Of a DNA stretch of 64,000 nt, positions 13,476 through 26,510 are shown in pieces. The notes beneath the pieces were generated by a model. That model saw nothing but the letters and a program-made list of their open reading frames with translations. It was not told the origin of the DNA and did no database searches. The first letter of the stretch is position 1. Every line of letters begins with the position of its first letter. The stretch covers positions 2,294,001 to 2,358,000 of the forward strand of contig MU058444.1 of the NCBI GenBank assembly GCA_013265495.1. Reading direction: 5' to 3'. The translations under genes were made by a program, and so were the position numbers. Source of the stretch: Vicugna vicugna (lineage: Eukaryota).

Positions 13476-15965
13476 TCTACTTGGGTACATTAAGAAACCA
13501 AATTCAGAAAGTCTGACAGCCCAAATTCCTCAGAAGAAGTTCACTCATTCAATCATTAAAAAAAAAACAAAATAATTACTAGGCATCTACAATGTGCCAA
13601 GTCCCATGATAAGCATTGGAAATATTTAAAAGACTTAAAAAAGATTTTCTGTAGTTTCCCACCTTATCACAAGTTTCAATATTCCCTTCTTTGATGCTTC
13701 TGTAAACAAACACGCAATCTCTTTTCCTCGGTCTTCCTACTGTATTTCCATATATCGGTTAGCATTAGGGATGGAATTCCTTATAATCCTGGGGTTACGT
13801 TCCATTCCAATCCACGGGGGAAAAGTTGTACATTTGGGCTGTCCTATAATTTCTTTACTCCTACTTGTCAGACAAATGAAACATCATGAAACAAGCTAAG
13901 GGACACAGGACGTGCTGGCCTCACCAGGTAAGGATGTTAAGAGAGTCACTCGTAGGACAGTTTATTCATACTGAACGACAGCATCTTAACTGTTCCATAA
14001 TTCATCGTGCTGCTTCTCCTTTAAAAAAAAAAAAACGCAACACCACTTTTTCACCTTTGTGTATGTCATGGGCACGCAATACATTTTTAGTTAATCTGTT
14101 AAATAAATGAGTAAAAAAAAAAATGAAGCCAGAGAAAACAGACAGCACACTCCTTGGAGACCACAGTTCCATCTGCCTGACCTATTCGAGTCACTGCCTT
14201 CTTGCCCCACTGGACTCTGGTTGCAAGTGTCTGCTCAAATCAGCTGCTAAGAATGACAGCTGAGGTCACAATGAACCACCGCGGCCATACAAGACCACAC
14301 AAACCGTAAGTCTGTAAATTGTTTATGAAAGTGCCAGATGGTCTGTTAAGTCAATGTTACTTAATACTCACAATGTTGCTTACAAATGATACCCATGTCA
14401 GAGTCACACAAAGGGAGCTTTTCTCAAACACCAGCACCATTTCATCACATACATGCAAATATTTAATTATCTTCCTCTTTTAAACTTTCTGCTTTATTTG
14501 TGGTGGTATTTATATTTATTACAGAAGTAATAGATACTTTTTTTTAAATGTCACATAAAATATACCGAGATTGAAAAAAAATCTTACCTCCTGGAGTTCA
14601 CCACTATTAACAGTTCAGTTTCTAACCTTCATCTCTCTCCTTATGTTTCAATATAGAATTCTCTTTTTTCCTTGTTTTATAAAAATGCCATCCACATTAA
14701 TCCTCTGCCTTTTAATTTTTCTTAAGAACATATCAGGGAAATGTTTCAGGTCAAAAGCTAGACATCTAATTCTTTTTTTTTTATTAGTTCCTTTATATTC
14801 TGAGGTATCGAAGTATCAAAATTTGTTCAACCACCCCCTCCTGAGAGTAATTCAGGTTGTTTCCAGCATTTTATATTATAAACAATGTCACAGTATGTAT
14901 CACGAATTCGAGCAGCCACCTCTCTTCCCCAAAGATGGTTAACAAATCACATGTCAGAAGCACAAGTACTATTTCCCATCCCTGCCAGTACCTTTAGAAG
15001 ATGGTAAAAATTTAAAAAAAGTGTTGCTAACTTTTAAAAATACATGTATTTCTTTTTTCTAAAATCCTTTAAATTTCTCCATAGACTTGCCTCCAGTCAA
15101 AAATTTGCCTATGAAAATTTTATTATAGAAATGTGTTTGTAAATTCCAAACAACCAACTTAGAACACATATTCACTTAAAAGTTCTGTTTCAATAAAGAT
15201 TAGATATTCCAGGCTAACGCGAAGCTGTATTTTTAATTAAAAAAATGGTAAAACAACATGATGGCTATACAATATACGCTGACCTTTTCTAGTCAATATA
15301 GAATAATTAAAATATATTATATTGGATCCATAAAAAAAGTTTAATAAATACATACCACAGGCTTGTTGCTACTGGAAACACAATTTCCAAATCACAACCT
15401 TCCAACCACATAGTTACCTGCTGTCACAGGGCAGCTGAGGAGCCTGCACCAGCAAAGAAAGCACACTTGGGGCAGGGAGGATGCGGGGGAGGTAAATGTA
15501 TGCCCGGAGAAGGACAGATCAGCAACGGAGTCAGGCCCCCATTAGCCTAAAACCTCCATCTCTGTCTTCCCAGAAACGGCAAGAGACAGGCTCCCTCTCC
15601 TCCTTCCTGACCCCTCCTTCTGCACAACCCCCTCCCCTCAATGCATCACCACACACACACACCACATGCCCATCTGAGATGTGAGCAAACCCAGACTTTC
15701 CATCCCTTCCACTGCTACCCCCACTCTCTATATGGACCCGAACTGAGGTCATAAAGCATCATCACCAAAAGCAGAAGGGATGTCCTAGATCCCAGCAGAT
15801 ACTCATTAGACAGGCCAGGGGCAAGGGTGAAAGTTGGGAGTGCTCAGTGGTCCAGATCCACCTGCCTAGAGCCTGAATCTTGGAATTACCAAGGAAACAG
15901 CCAGGTATCCTCATGATGACGCAAGGCTGCAGCCAAACTGTCACTGAATCTTTCAAGATGGAGGA

Positions 15966-16524
15966 TTTTTTTTTTAATGACTTTATTGCAGTCTGGTTCC
16001 TATACAGTAAACTACATGTATTTCAGATATACACTTTGATGAATTTTGATAGATGTATATACCCATGAAACCACCACCACAATCAAGACAGCTCACATTT
16101 CCATCACTCCCCAAGAGATGCAATTCTCAAATTCCCAGTTTATCCCTTCCCACCCCCTTTCCCCTCTGGTAACCGTAAGTGTGTTCTCTATGTCTGTGAG
16201 TCTGTTTCTGTTTTGTAGATAAGTTCATTTGTGTCCTTATTTTTTTTAGATTCCACATATAAGCGATATCATATGGCCTTTTTCTTTCTCTTTCTGGCTT
16301 ACTTCACTTAGAATGACCATCTCCAGGTCCATCCATGTTGCTGCAAATGACATTACTGTATTATTTTTATGGCTGAGTAGTATTCCATTGTATAAATATA
16401 CTATATCCTCTTTATCCAGTCATCTGCTGATGGACATTTAGGTTACTTCCATGTCTTGGCTATTGTATATAGTGCTGCTGTGAACACTGGGGTGCATGTG
16501 TCTTTCTGAATTGTATTTTTCTAG
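15966..16524 (-). mobile_element. Composite L1 insertion: old L1M-type 3' tail plus lineage L1 3' region
   Basis: 15966-16110 resembles an L1M 3' end and 16130-16524 matches the young L1s here. Both lie between GATGGAGGA direct repeats (15957-15965, 16525-16533). Confidence 0.8.
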
Positions 16525-17577
16525 GATGGAGGAATATTTTAACTGCTTATTATAAACCCAATTTATATTATGCCTGATCTATTTCTTAGACCCCAGAACA
16601 AGGATGAGCCTGTTGCATGCAATTTATCATCACCAACTTCCTGCCAAAGTCCATCAGCAAACACGACACTGAAAACCAAGCACCCCTCTCATCCTGTGTC
16701 TAGAACGACACTGTCACACTACTTCCAGCTCTGCTGCTCCTTCCTTATTTCACTCATTCCTTCTGCGTTCATTCCCTTACTAATTCTCCTGTAAGCCATG
16801 GCTTTTTCATTAAGTGACTGAGAGCCAATGAGAATACGACTTCTGTCTACCAGGATAGAAAAGGAGACAGAGCCGGTGGACGCGGAGATCAGGCCACGGT
16901 GTAGATCTTGCTTTTTGCTCCACTGACCCCTTCCGTCTCTGGACTTGTTTTCTCAAGCAGAAAAGGAAAGGAGGGGAAATCAACACACTCACCACCATTT
17001 TTGTCTTTTCTCTGTATCAACCACCAGCCGTGGTAATACTTGAAAACAAGACAGGCAGGTGGGTGGAGGGGGAACCACGGCTCTGTTAACTGGCAGGGGT
17101 GGGGGAGTAAATAATAAAGGAACAGAAAAACAAATGAAACAGCTTACACAACCCCCCAAACTGAAGTCACTTCAAATCCAAAGGCCACAGTCCCTAGTTC
17201 CAGGGGGATAGCTTCGCCCAAAGAATGGGCCACTGGGAATTTTCTGTTCACGTTCATTTCTAAAGTGAAGAATTCAAAGTACCACAAAAGCAAGCTTCCA
17301 TTTAACCAGAGACAGAAGGAGGAAGCTTGGAGGGGATGACATGTGGCTTTCCCTCCAGTGGTACATGGTCTTCATTTAACTAAACACAAAAGAAACACAG
17401 ACCCTGATATACAAGAACACACAGTGACTAAGACAGATGACAATTTAAAATCCTCCCCCAAAAGGCCATTTGCACACACTCAAAGGCACCAAGTTCATAT
17501 ATCGCTAATGCACTGGATGAGACTGGAAAAGGTTTTAAATTACCCAGTTTCTTCCAAAGTTCTACTTCAGTCAATGT

Positions 17578-17732
17578 TACAAAAAAATGTGACAATGAAT
17601 ATATATATGTTCACATATGACTGAAAAATTGTGCTCTACACTGGAATTTGACACAACATTGTAAAATGATTATAAATCAATAAAAAAATTTTTTAAATAA
17701 ATAGCATACCCTTAATGGCCAAAAAAAAAAAA
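17578..17732 (+). mobile_element. Young L1 extreme 3' tail
   Basis: Closely similar to the tail at about 56010-56120 (aaaaaatgtgacaatga...tgactgaaaaattgtg...tgtaaaatgattat). Confidence 0.85.
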
Positions 17733-19468
17733 GTTACAGATAAGCCTAATTCCCCAAAATGCTGCTTAATTCAGTCCTATTAGCAAATAGCATGGTCTTG
17801 AAGACCAGCCCAAGTCATGAAACACAAACGCAATCAGTGATTACAATCTGTATCAAAAGCCCCAAAGGCATTTTAAATCAGGTTTTCAAAAGAAATCAAT
17901 AATAGTTTCAGAAAAAAATTAAAACAATGAATATGGTGATCATTTCAAATAATACGAGGTGGATGCCAAAAACAAGCAATGGAAAGTGATCAGAATGACG
18001 TCAAGGATGACCAGAGAGATCACATCCACAACTCAACAAGAAAAACAAAATACCACTAACGTTCTCATATCCATCACCCTAAGGCCCTGATATACTTGCT
18101 GGCACACAAGAAATACTCAGTAAGTCTTTTCCAAATGAATAAACGATGAATTAATTCATTAAGGCAAATACTATAGGGTGATTGGGCAACATCTGCTTTG
18201 TATATGAGCCCATCCAATACTAGCGAGTTAGTATCGAGAGCCAGGAGCAGAAACCAGACCTCTAAATTCTTAGCCATTGCTTTCTTTATTGTGGAATTTC
18301 TAGAATTCAGAGTGACTACAATTTTTTAGTTGGAGATACAACTCAAGAATCTACTCAATCATGAATTAGGCAGTAACTGATACAATAGTTAATTGTTAAC
18401 TGGTTTATCTAATTCATATGATTTTTTTCTTACCTTGAAAACTGAAGTTTGTAATTAGATCAAAAGATACCAATGTAATAATATTAACCAAATCCATAAG
18501 GATAGAAAATTACTTAAATGTTGTTATGACTTAATCACCCACTATGTAATAGAATCATTAAAAATATCTTGAAATAATACTTAACGGCATTAGAAAATGC
18601 CATGACATATTAAGTGGAAAAAGAAGGATACAGAACTTTACACACATGATCCAAATTTTTAAATGTTATATATTAAGGAGAAAAGAGAAATGGAAAAGGA
18701 GCGGAAATATGTCAGAATATTTAGTGTATTTGGACAATGAACAGATTATTTTTTATTCATATTTTGTACACTTCTTTATTTTCCAAAAATATTAGCTAGT
18801 TTGGGTCATAGATTTTTCTTTTCATACTCCCTCAAACACTTACATAGTTTCTCCTTTTCCACTGAGTAAAACAGAAATTACATCGTTAATCAATGCGATA
18901 GTTTTTCTGTCTGAATGTAAAACCCTACAATTGTTAAAAGCTGCTTCAATTAACAATAGAAATAAAAGACAATGGAGTTTTTCCCTCAAGTCACTAAATC
19001 TCCAGTAGCCAGGAAGAGGATTTTTCACTGTTTATAGATTAAGGACAGCCCGAAACAATGCTGAACATATTTATCTCCTTCCTAAATACAGACTTCCACG
19101 AATAATTCCAGGACATATTACATAGCTGTTTGCTTAAACTGAGGCTATTCAGCTCTCATCACATACATGACTTATAATACCATTAATAATATCTCTGAAT
19201 TCATATAAAAATGGTCCACAATTGCCTATATAGAGGGCACTGCAGACTGGATGTCAGAACTCCAGTCCGCCACCTGCTCAATGCAATTTTGGGAACCTGG
19301 TTATAAAACCAGAGAATTGGTGCTCATGTTACCTGTCTCAGAGAGGAGGCAGGAATGAAATTATATCACGTATGAAAAAATATGACAAATATGTAAGGTG
19401 TTATAAACATTATGACCATTGATCTAACTCAGCATTGCCCACACCATGTTAAGGTCATCTCCTTCAGT

Positions 19469-19635
19469 GGGGAGGGCATAGCTCAGCGGTACAGCACATG
19501 CTTAGCATGCACGAGGTCCTGGGTTCAATCCCCAGTGCCTCCATTAAATAAATGAATAAATAAACAAATAAATAAGCCTAATTACCTCCCTCCAAAAGAA
19601 AATAAATACTTGAAAAAATAGATTAAAAAAAAAAA
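19469..19635 (+). mobile_element. tRNA-Ala-derived SINE (Vic-1-like)
   Basis: A and B boxes, AAAT repeats, CCTAATTACCTCCC motif, A-rich tail. Confidence 0.9.
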
Positions 19636-21449
19636 GATTGTCTCCTCTGATCTTGACCTTTGCTGAGACACACCTAAAAATTTTTTCTCACTACTGAAGC
19701 CTCAGATTTGATAATATACTCATGGTATTAGCAGAGTTCTTAAAAATAGAGGATTAAAATGTACCACTTAACACTGCCTACGAACACAATCTGCATGGTT
19801 TATATTAAAGTATTGATTGAATCATTATGATAGTATCCTGCCCGCCATGCAAAGAGTGAAATGCAAGGTCAGACGGCCCAGATGAAATGGTTAGATGCAG
19901 AAAACCCTCCACTGACACCACCCACCCTCTCCAACACCACAGAGCCTCCCCTGCCTGGTATCCTGCCTCCCTTCAGATGCCAGCCCCACCTGTGAGACTC
20001 CTGGATGCCCAGATTTCTCCTCTTGTGTGGCTCCTGCTTACACTGAGGAGTGCTGGCCCACCGTCCCTGCCCTCACCCATCTCTACTCTCCTAGGGGCTC
20101 CAAGTGATCGATTAGCATTTAGAATTCAACCACAGATTTCAAAATAGTGAAGCTCAATTTCTCCGGTTCCAAGTGTTTCATCTCTCCCCAGCCTTTGTAC
20201 TGAGTAGAAATCATAATGGAGACACAGGGAGGGTGTAAATCACATGGTAATTTGTTCTCCTGAATCATTAGTCAATTTCTGATTCGAACTATGAGGTTGC
20301 GAACAATGTGGCTTGGGTGTTTTCAATGAAATGCTAATTACCAAAGTATTTTATGATGTTTATTTTTATCATTTTAATTCTACTGAAGCACAAATTTAAA
20401 TTTCCATTTAAAAAAATTTCTATAGAGATTCTTAAATGGGAAAGCATGGAGATTAAGTACATCTGTTTTTCCACAAGAAACATAAAGAACCCTCGCATTC
20501 TGCCTTCTGTAATTTAGCATTCTTCAAGCCTTCTTTAGTTTTTCAAAGAAAAGGATAAAGACTAAGTTATCTGTAGGAGCTAAACTGTTATAGCTTCTGA
20601 GATTGCTTGAAAGACATATTCAAATACCACCACAAACACCTTGGTAAACATAAGCCCCTCCCTTAAAAAGATTGTAACTTTCACACTATGTGCAAAATCA
20701 AGCTCTGAATTTCACCCACTCGGCTTTTTATCTACCAAGTATTTTCGATATTCTCTAGTTTCTGTTATGCAGATAAAGTTACCACAAAGATCACAAAAGG
20801 AACAGTAGTGTTCCAGCATTCATAAACATTTATGGGCCGTGGCTCTCCTAAAACACGCTAACAGAAAAATCACATAATCTTGCTCTCCTTCATAAGTCAT
20901 GGTTTTAAAACTCAAACATGATCACCTGCACAGTGCTTAACTCTAAGTGATAAAACTTTGTGTTCTTAGACAATATATATATATTCAGCATTACACCCCA
21001 GCTATAATCAAATCACCATAACAAAAATTTTCAAAAAAATTATATAAACTACTTTCACTGTGGCCCTACTTATGATTAACATTTGAAAAGAAGTAATTCA
21101 ATACCCTAAGAGTTTAACTTTCACATGTTTTGCAAGACATGGATTGCTAATTTCAGCCTATCCTTAAAATAGAACAGTTCAACTAATTTTAGACTCAAGT
21201 GCTATAAAGCATCTCAGCTGCCAGTTAACTGGACACCTGACCTGCAGCAACAGAACATGCAGATACACCAAAGCAAACTGTCAGATTGCTGAACTCTGAG
21301 CGACCATACGCCAACCCAATGAAAGCCACATAATGTATGTATCCAAAACAAAATGATATTGATGAACAATATGCCCATATGAAAGGAAATCATAAGGGCC
21401 TTGTTTATTTACGTAACATCTGTAATATGCAATGGTTCAAAAGTGTCAA

Positions 21450-22175
21450 AAGGCATATATCCAGAAGGAACTCTAATTCGAAAAGATACATGCACCCCAG
21501 TGTTCAAAGCAGCACTACTTACCATAGCTAAGACATGGAAGTAACCTAAACATCCATTGACAGATGACTGGATAAAGAAGTTGTGGTATGTTTATACAAT
21601 GGAATACTACTCAATCATAAAAAAGAATAAAATAATGCCATTTGCACCAACATGGATGGACCTGGAGATCGTCATGCTAAGTGAAGTAAACCAGAAATAG
21701 AAAGAAAAATACCATATGATATCACTTATATGTGGAATCTAAAAAAAAAAAAAAANNNNNNNNNNNNNNNNNNNNNNNNNNNNNNNNNNNNNNNNNNNNN
21801 NNNNNNNNNAAAAAAAAAAAAAAAAGAGGACACTAATGAACTCATCTACAAAAGCAGCAGACTTGAAGACATAATAAACAAGCTTATGATTACCCGGGGG
21901 AGGAAAGGGAGTGGGAAGGGATAAAGCTGGGAGTCTGAGATTTGCAAATGTTAACCACTATATATAAAAATAGATTAAAAAAACAAATTTCTTCTGTATA
22001 GTGTAGGGAACTATAGTCAATATCTTGTAATAACCTTTAATGAAAAAGAAAATGAAAACAAATATATGTATATATATGCTTGACTGGGACATGATGCTGT
22101 ACACCAGAAACTGACACATTGTAACTGACTATACTTCAATATAAAATAAATAAATAACTAAATAAATAAATAAAT
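21450..22175 (+). mobile_element. Lineage L1 3' end with (AAAT)n tail, spanning the gap
   Basis: aaagatacatgcaccccagtgttc...gatgactggataaagaag...tatacttcaat. Confidence 0.92.
21756..21809. other. Assembly gap (54 N) inside an L1 internal A-tract
   Basis: N run flanked by poly(A); the L1 3' sequence is colinear across it. Confidence 0.99.
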
Positions 22176-23910
22176 ACAAGATACAGAAGACTTAAAACTC
22201 AACAATAAAAAAAAAAGTGGGCAAAATATGTGAACAGACAACTCACCAAAGGAGACAGAGACGCAAATAAACATATGAAAAGATGCTCCACATCATATGT
22301 CACAGGGAAATGCAAATTAAAACTATATACCTATCAGAATGGCTAAAATCCAAAACACTGACAACACCAAATGCTGGTGAGGATGTGGTCAACAGGAACC
22401 CTCATTCACTGCCAGTGGAAATGAAAACCAGTATAGCCACTTTGGAAGACAGGGCGTTTAGCGGCTTCTCAAAAGGTAAACACAGTCTTACCTACAATCC
22501 AGCAGTCACACTCCCCGGTATTTATTCAGATGAGTTGGAAACTTACGTCCACGCTAAAAGCTGCACACAAATGTTTAGGGCAGCTTTATTCAAAACTGAC
22601 AAAAGTTGAAAGCAACCAAGATGTCCTTCCAAAGATGAATGAATAGTGGTACATCCATACAATGGAATATTATTCAGCAATAAAAAGAAATGAGCTAAAT
22701 AAAAAGCCAAGAAGAGACACAGAGGAACCTTCAATGCATATTTCTAAGTGAAAGAAACCAGTCTGAAGAGGCTACATACTGTATGAGTCCAACCACAGGA
22801 AGTTCTGGAAAAGATAAAACTATACAGAGACAATAAAAAGATCAGTGGTTGCCAGAGGTGTGGGCATGGGGAAGATGAACAAGTAGAGCACAGGATTTTG
22901 GGGCTCTGAAACTATTCTACACGATACTGCAGTGGTGGACACATGACATGCATTTGTCATCTCCCATTGAACTGCACATATTCAACATAGTATTGGAAGT
23001 TGTAGCCACAGCAATCAAACAAGAAAAAGAAATCAAAGGAATCCAAATTGCAAAGGAAGAAGTAAAACTGTCACTGTTTTCAGATAACATGATACTATAC
23101 ACAGAAAATCTTATTAAAGATTCACCAAAAATAACTAGAGCTCATCAATGAATTTAGTCAAGTTGCAGGATACAAAATTAATGTACAGAAATCTATTGCA
23201 TTTCTTTGCACTAACAATGAACTATCAGAAAGAGAAATTAAGGGGGAAAAAATTCCACTTATGATGACATCAAAAAGATAAAATACCTAGGAATAAACTT
23301 ACCTAAAGAGGTCAAAGATTTATACTCAGACACTGTAAGTTGTTGATGAAAGAAACTGAAGATGGCACAAACAGACGGAAAGATACACTGTGTTTATGGA
23401 GTGGAAGAATTCATATTGTTAAATGACCACACTACCCAAGGCAATCTACAGATTCAGTGCAATCCCTTATCAAGATACCAATGGCATTTTTCAGAGAACT
23501 AGAACAAATAATTTTAAAATTTGTATGGAAACCCAAAAGGCCCTGAATAGCCAAACCAATCCTGAGAAAAAAGAACAGAACTGGAGAAATCAAGCTTCCC
23601 ACCTTCAGACTCTACTACAAGCTACAGCCATCAAAACACTGTGGTGTTGGCACAAAAACACACACACAGATCAACGGGACAGGAGAGAGAGCCCAGAAAG
23701 AAACGCACGATGTTACTAACATAAACTGGATCTTAGTTAATAATACCATGTTGATATGGTTCATCAATTAAAACAAAGGTACCACATGAATGAAAGATGT
23801 CAAAAGGGGAAACTGGGCAGGGGGGTGGGGAGAAGTATACAGGAACTCTGTACTGTCTGCTCAATTTTTCTGTAAAACTAGAACTACTCTAAAAATAGTC
23901 TTTAAAAAAA
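22176..23910 (+). mobile_element. Old L1MC-like 3' element interrupted by a younger L1 ORF2 fragment
   Basis: L1MC-like 3' sequence at 22176-22978 resumes at about 23715-23910. Confidence 0.75.
22979..23714 (+). mobile_element. Internal L1 ORF2 (RT-region) fragment
   Basis: Translates to [40 protein letters not shown] (degenerate FADD motif) and MTTLPKAIYRFSAIP; frameshifted. Confidence 0.92.
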
Positions 23911-24138
23911 AAGAAGGCTACTATCCTAGGAGGAGTTGGAGGACTTGAGTTCCTAGGTCTACCTCACTTGTTGACTGACTATGTAATCTCTACTCTTCAA
24001 AATACTTCATATGCCCTATTTCATCCCACCTTTATCAACCCAGAAAGGGAGAGAGTGAGGAAACCCTCACTGCCGGAAGAATAAAATAAGCCACCAAACA
24101 TTATTATTTTATGCCCAAAATCAAGGATACAAATTGTC

Positions 24139-24311
24139 GGGGGAGGGGACAGCTCAGTGGTAGAGTGCGTGCCTACTATGCGTGAGGTCCCGGGTTCAAT
24201 TCCCAGTACTTCCATCAAAAAAATAAATAAGTAAGTAAACCTAATTACCTCCTCTGGCAAAAGAAGAAAAGAAAGAAAAAAATTATTTAAAAAAAGAAAG
24301 AAAGAAAAGAA
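24139..24311 (+). mobile_element. tRNA-Ala-derived SINE (Vic-1-like)
   Basis: Full head and tail; 16-bp TSD aaggatacaaattgtc / aagaatacaaatggtc. Confidence 0.92.
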
Positions 24312-25162
24312 AAGAATACAAATGGTCACACTAGCACGGCCAGCATGGAGAACCGTAATACTGAACACTGGGGCATGTTTTTAATTCACTGGGACAATAG
24401 TATCTTTGTATAATGTCTTTAATGCCAGGATTCACTGGGGAACATTTTCACCCACTAGAGAAAAATCAGGACTTTGTCAGTTCCCTTTGACGATTCTTTC
24501 CAGGAAATATCTCAGGCATCTATCAAAGAAGCCACATTCACTGGTGACATTTACAAACTTAATTCTTTTCAATATGAAAAAGAACATATATATGTATATG
24601 TGTATATAATATATATATATAACTGAATCACTATGCTGTACAACAGAAACTAACACAACACTGTAAATGGATTAAACTTCAAAAAAAGCTTCATCCTTTT
24701 CAAAATTTCCTCAACCTCAATACACACTGGAAACGCTCACATTAAAATTTTATATTCTTTTCATGCATACCCACTCATTAGAATTTACAATCCAGCTGAG
24801 ATATAACAGTTCAACCTCCAAAGTCTATTTAATATTTGAATTGAAATACACCTCTGTGAATGTTTAAGCCATTAATTTTTATTTCATGTGTCCATTTAAC
24901 ACACCTCAGAAAGTTCCAGTATTACTCAAAACATAATAAAAATATGCTCATAAAAACTATTTCTGCAACATTTCCTGGTCAAGGTAACAAAACTCAAAAT
25001 ACACAGTTAATGTTAAATGCACACCTGATGTTCAAATGTCGTTGCTGCTACTTTTAGCTATATGATTTTAGGAAAGTTAGCTTCTTTATGTCTCTATTTC
25101 CATATTGGTAAAACAGCAGTAGATCTGGTTAAGATAAAGAGCTAGGAGATTTAGAAATCAGA

Positions 25163-25295
25163 GGGGAGGGTATAGCTCAAGTGGTAGAGTGCATGCGTGG
25201 CATGCATAAGGTCCTGGGTTCAGTCCCCAGCCCCTCCACCAGAAATAAATAAATGAACCTCATTACCTCCCCCACCAAAAAAAATTTTTTTTTTC
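25163..25295 (+). mobile_element. tRNA-Ala-derived SINE (Vic-1-like)
   Basis: GGGGAGGGTATAGCTCAAGTGGTAGAG...GGTTCAGTCCCCAG and tail. Confidence 0.9.
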
Positions 25296-25946
25296 AAAGA
25301 AATGATAGGTAACTCATTTGCATCACCAAGGACTGTGCCTGTCACACAAGTAGGTTGGCGTATAAATGGTAGCTATTATTTTTACTGTTTTAAGTTAAAA
25401 ACTAAAAGCTTAACACATAAATGCAAGAATGGCTTAGAACTTATAGTCAATGATCCTAACCATGGGCCTTCTCATGTACCGAACAAAACTGCCTCTAGAA
25501 ATTTGCTGAAGTTTATGTATAAAGAAATAGCAAATAAAAGGGTTTTTTTTAAAGTAAAACCAAGCCAAAAAAAAATTGCTGAAATATATTAAAAGATTGG
25601 TTTTTAATTATTAATACTTACTTTTAAAAAGGATCTGAAACCAGTAATTTTATTTGCTTTCAGAAAACAGATTTACTGCTCTAAGATACCACATTTAAAT
25701 CATGCTCAGAGGTTTCCCAACAAGAAGACCAGTAAGGTATTTCTTCAGGAGCCTACATTAAATAGAACGTCCCAGTTTTCTAGGTCACACTATCGCTGCA
25801 TTTCCGAGGTGAAGCAAAACAGCAATGAGTCCATTTCTTTAACAAGAAAGGTCTAACAACGACCAATATTAAGAATTTGTTTCTAATGTTATGTCAAGTA
25901 TACATCAATTTTAAAAAAGAGAAATTGTTTCAAAAACATATTTTCT

Positions 25947-26510
25947 ACTAAAAATAGAGTTACCATATGATCCAGCCATCCCAATCCTGGGCATATACCC
26001 AGAGAAAACTCTAATTCGGAAAGATACATGCACCCCAATGTTCACAGCAGCGCTATTTGCAATAGCCAAGGCTTGGAAGCAACCTAAACGTCCAGGGACA
26101 AATGACTGGATAAAGAAGTAACATACAATGGAAGTGAAAGTCAGCCAAAAAAAGAAAGACAAACACCATACGGTATCACTTACATGTGGAATCTAAAAAA
26201 AATGACACAAATGAACTTATTTACAAAACAGACACAGATTCACAGACATAGAAAACAAACTTACGGTTACTGCAGGGGAAGGGGGGGGCGGATAATTAGG
26301 AGTTTCGGATTAGCAGATACAGACTACTGTATGTAAAATAGATAAATAACAAGGTATCATTGTAGAGCACAGGGAACTATTTCAATATCTTGTAATAACC
26401 TGTAATAAAAAGGAGCATGAAAAAGGATGTATATGTGTACAACTGAATCACTATGCTGTACACCAGAAACTAACACAACATTGTAAATCAAATATACCTC
26501 AATTAAAAAT
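25947..26510 (+). mobile_element. Lineage L1 3' end with an internal deletion
   Basis: ctaaaaatagagttaccatatgatccagc...ttgtaaatcaaatatacctcaattaaaaa. Confidence 0.9.

Noticed and set aside
19469..19545. tRNA-Ala(AGC) gene (likewise the ten similar copies)
   Set aside because: Divergent copies with a shared non-tRNA tail, A-rich ends and often TSDs are SINEs, not tRNA genes.
22948..23719. Reverse-transcriptase gene
   Set aside because: Frameshifted L1 ORF2 fragment with a degenerate catalytic motif (FSDN).
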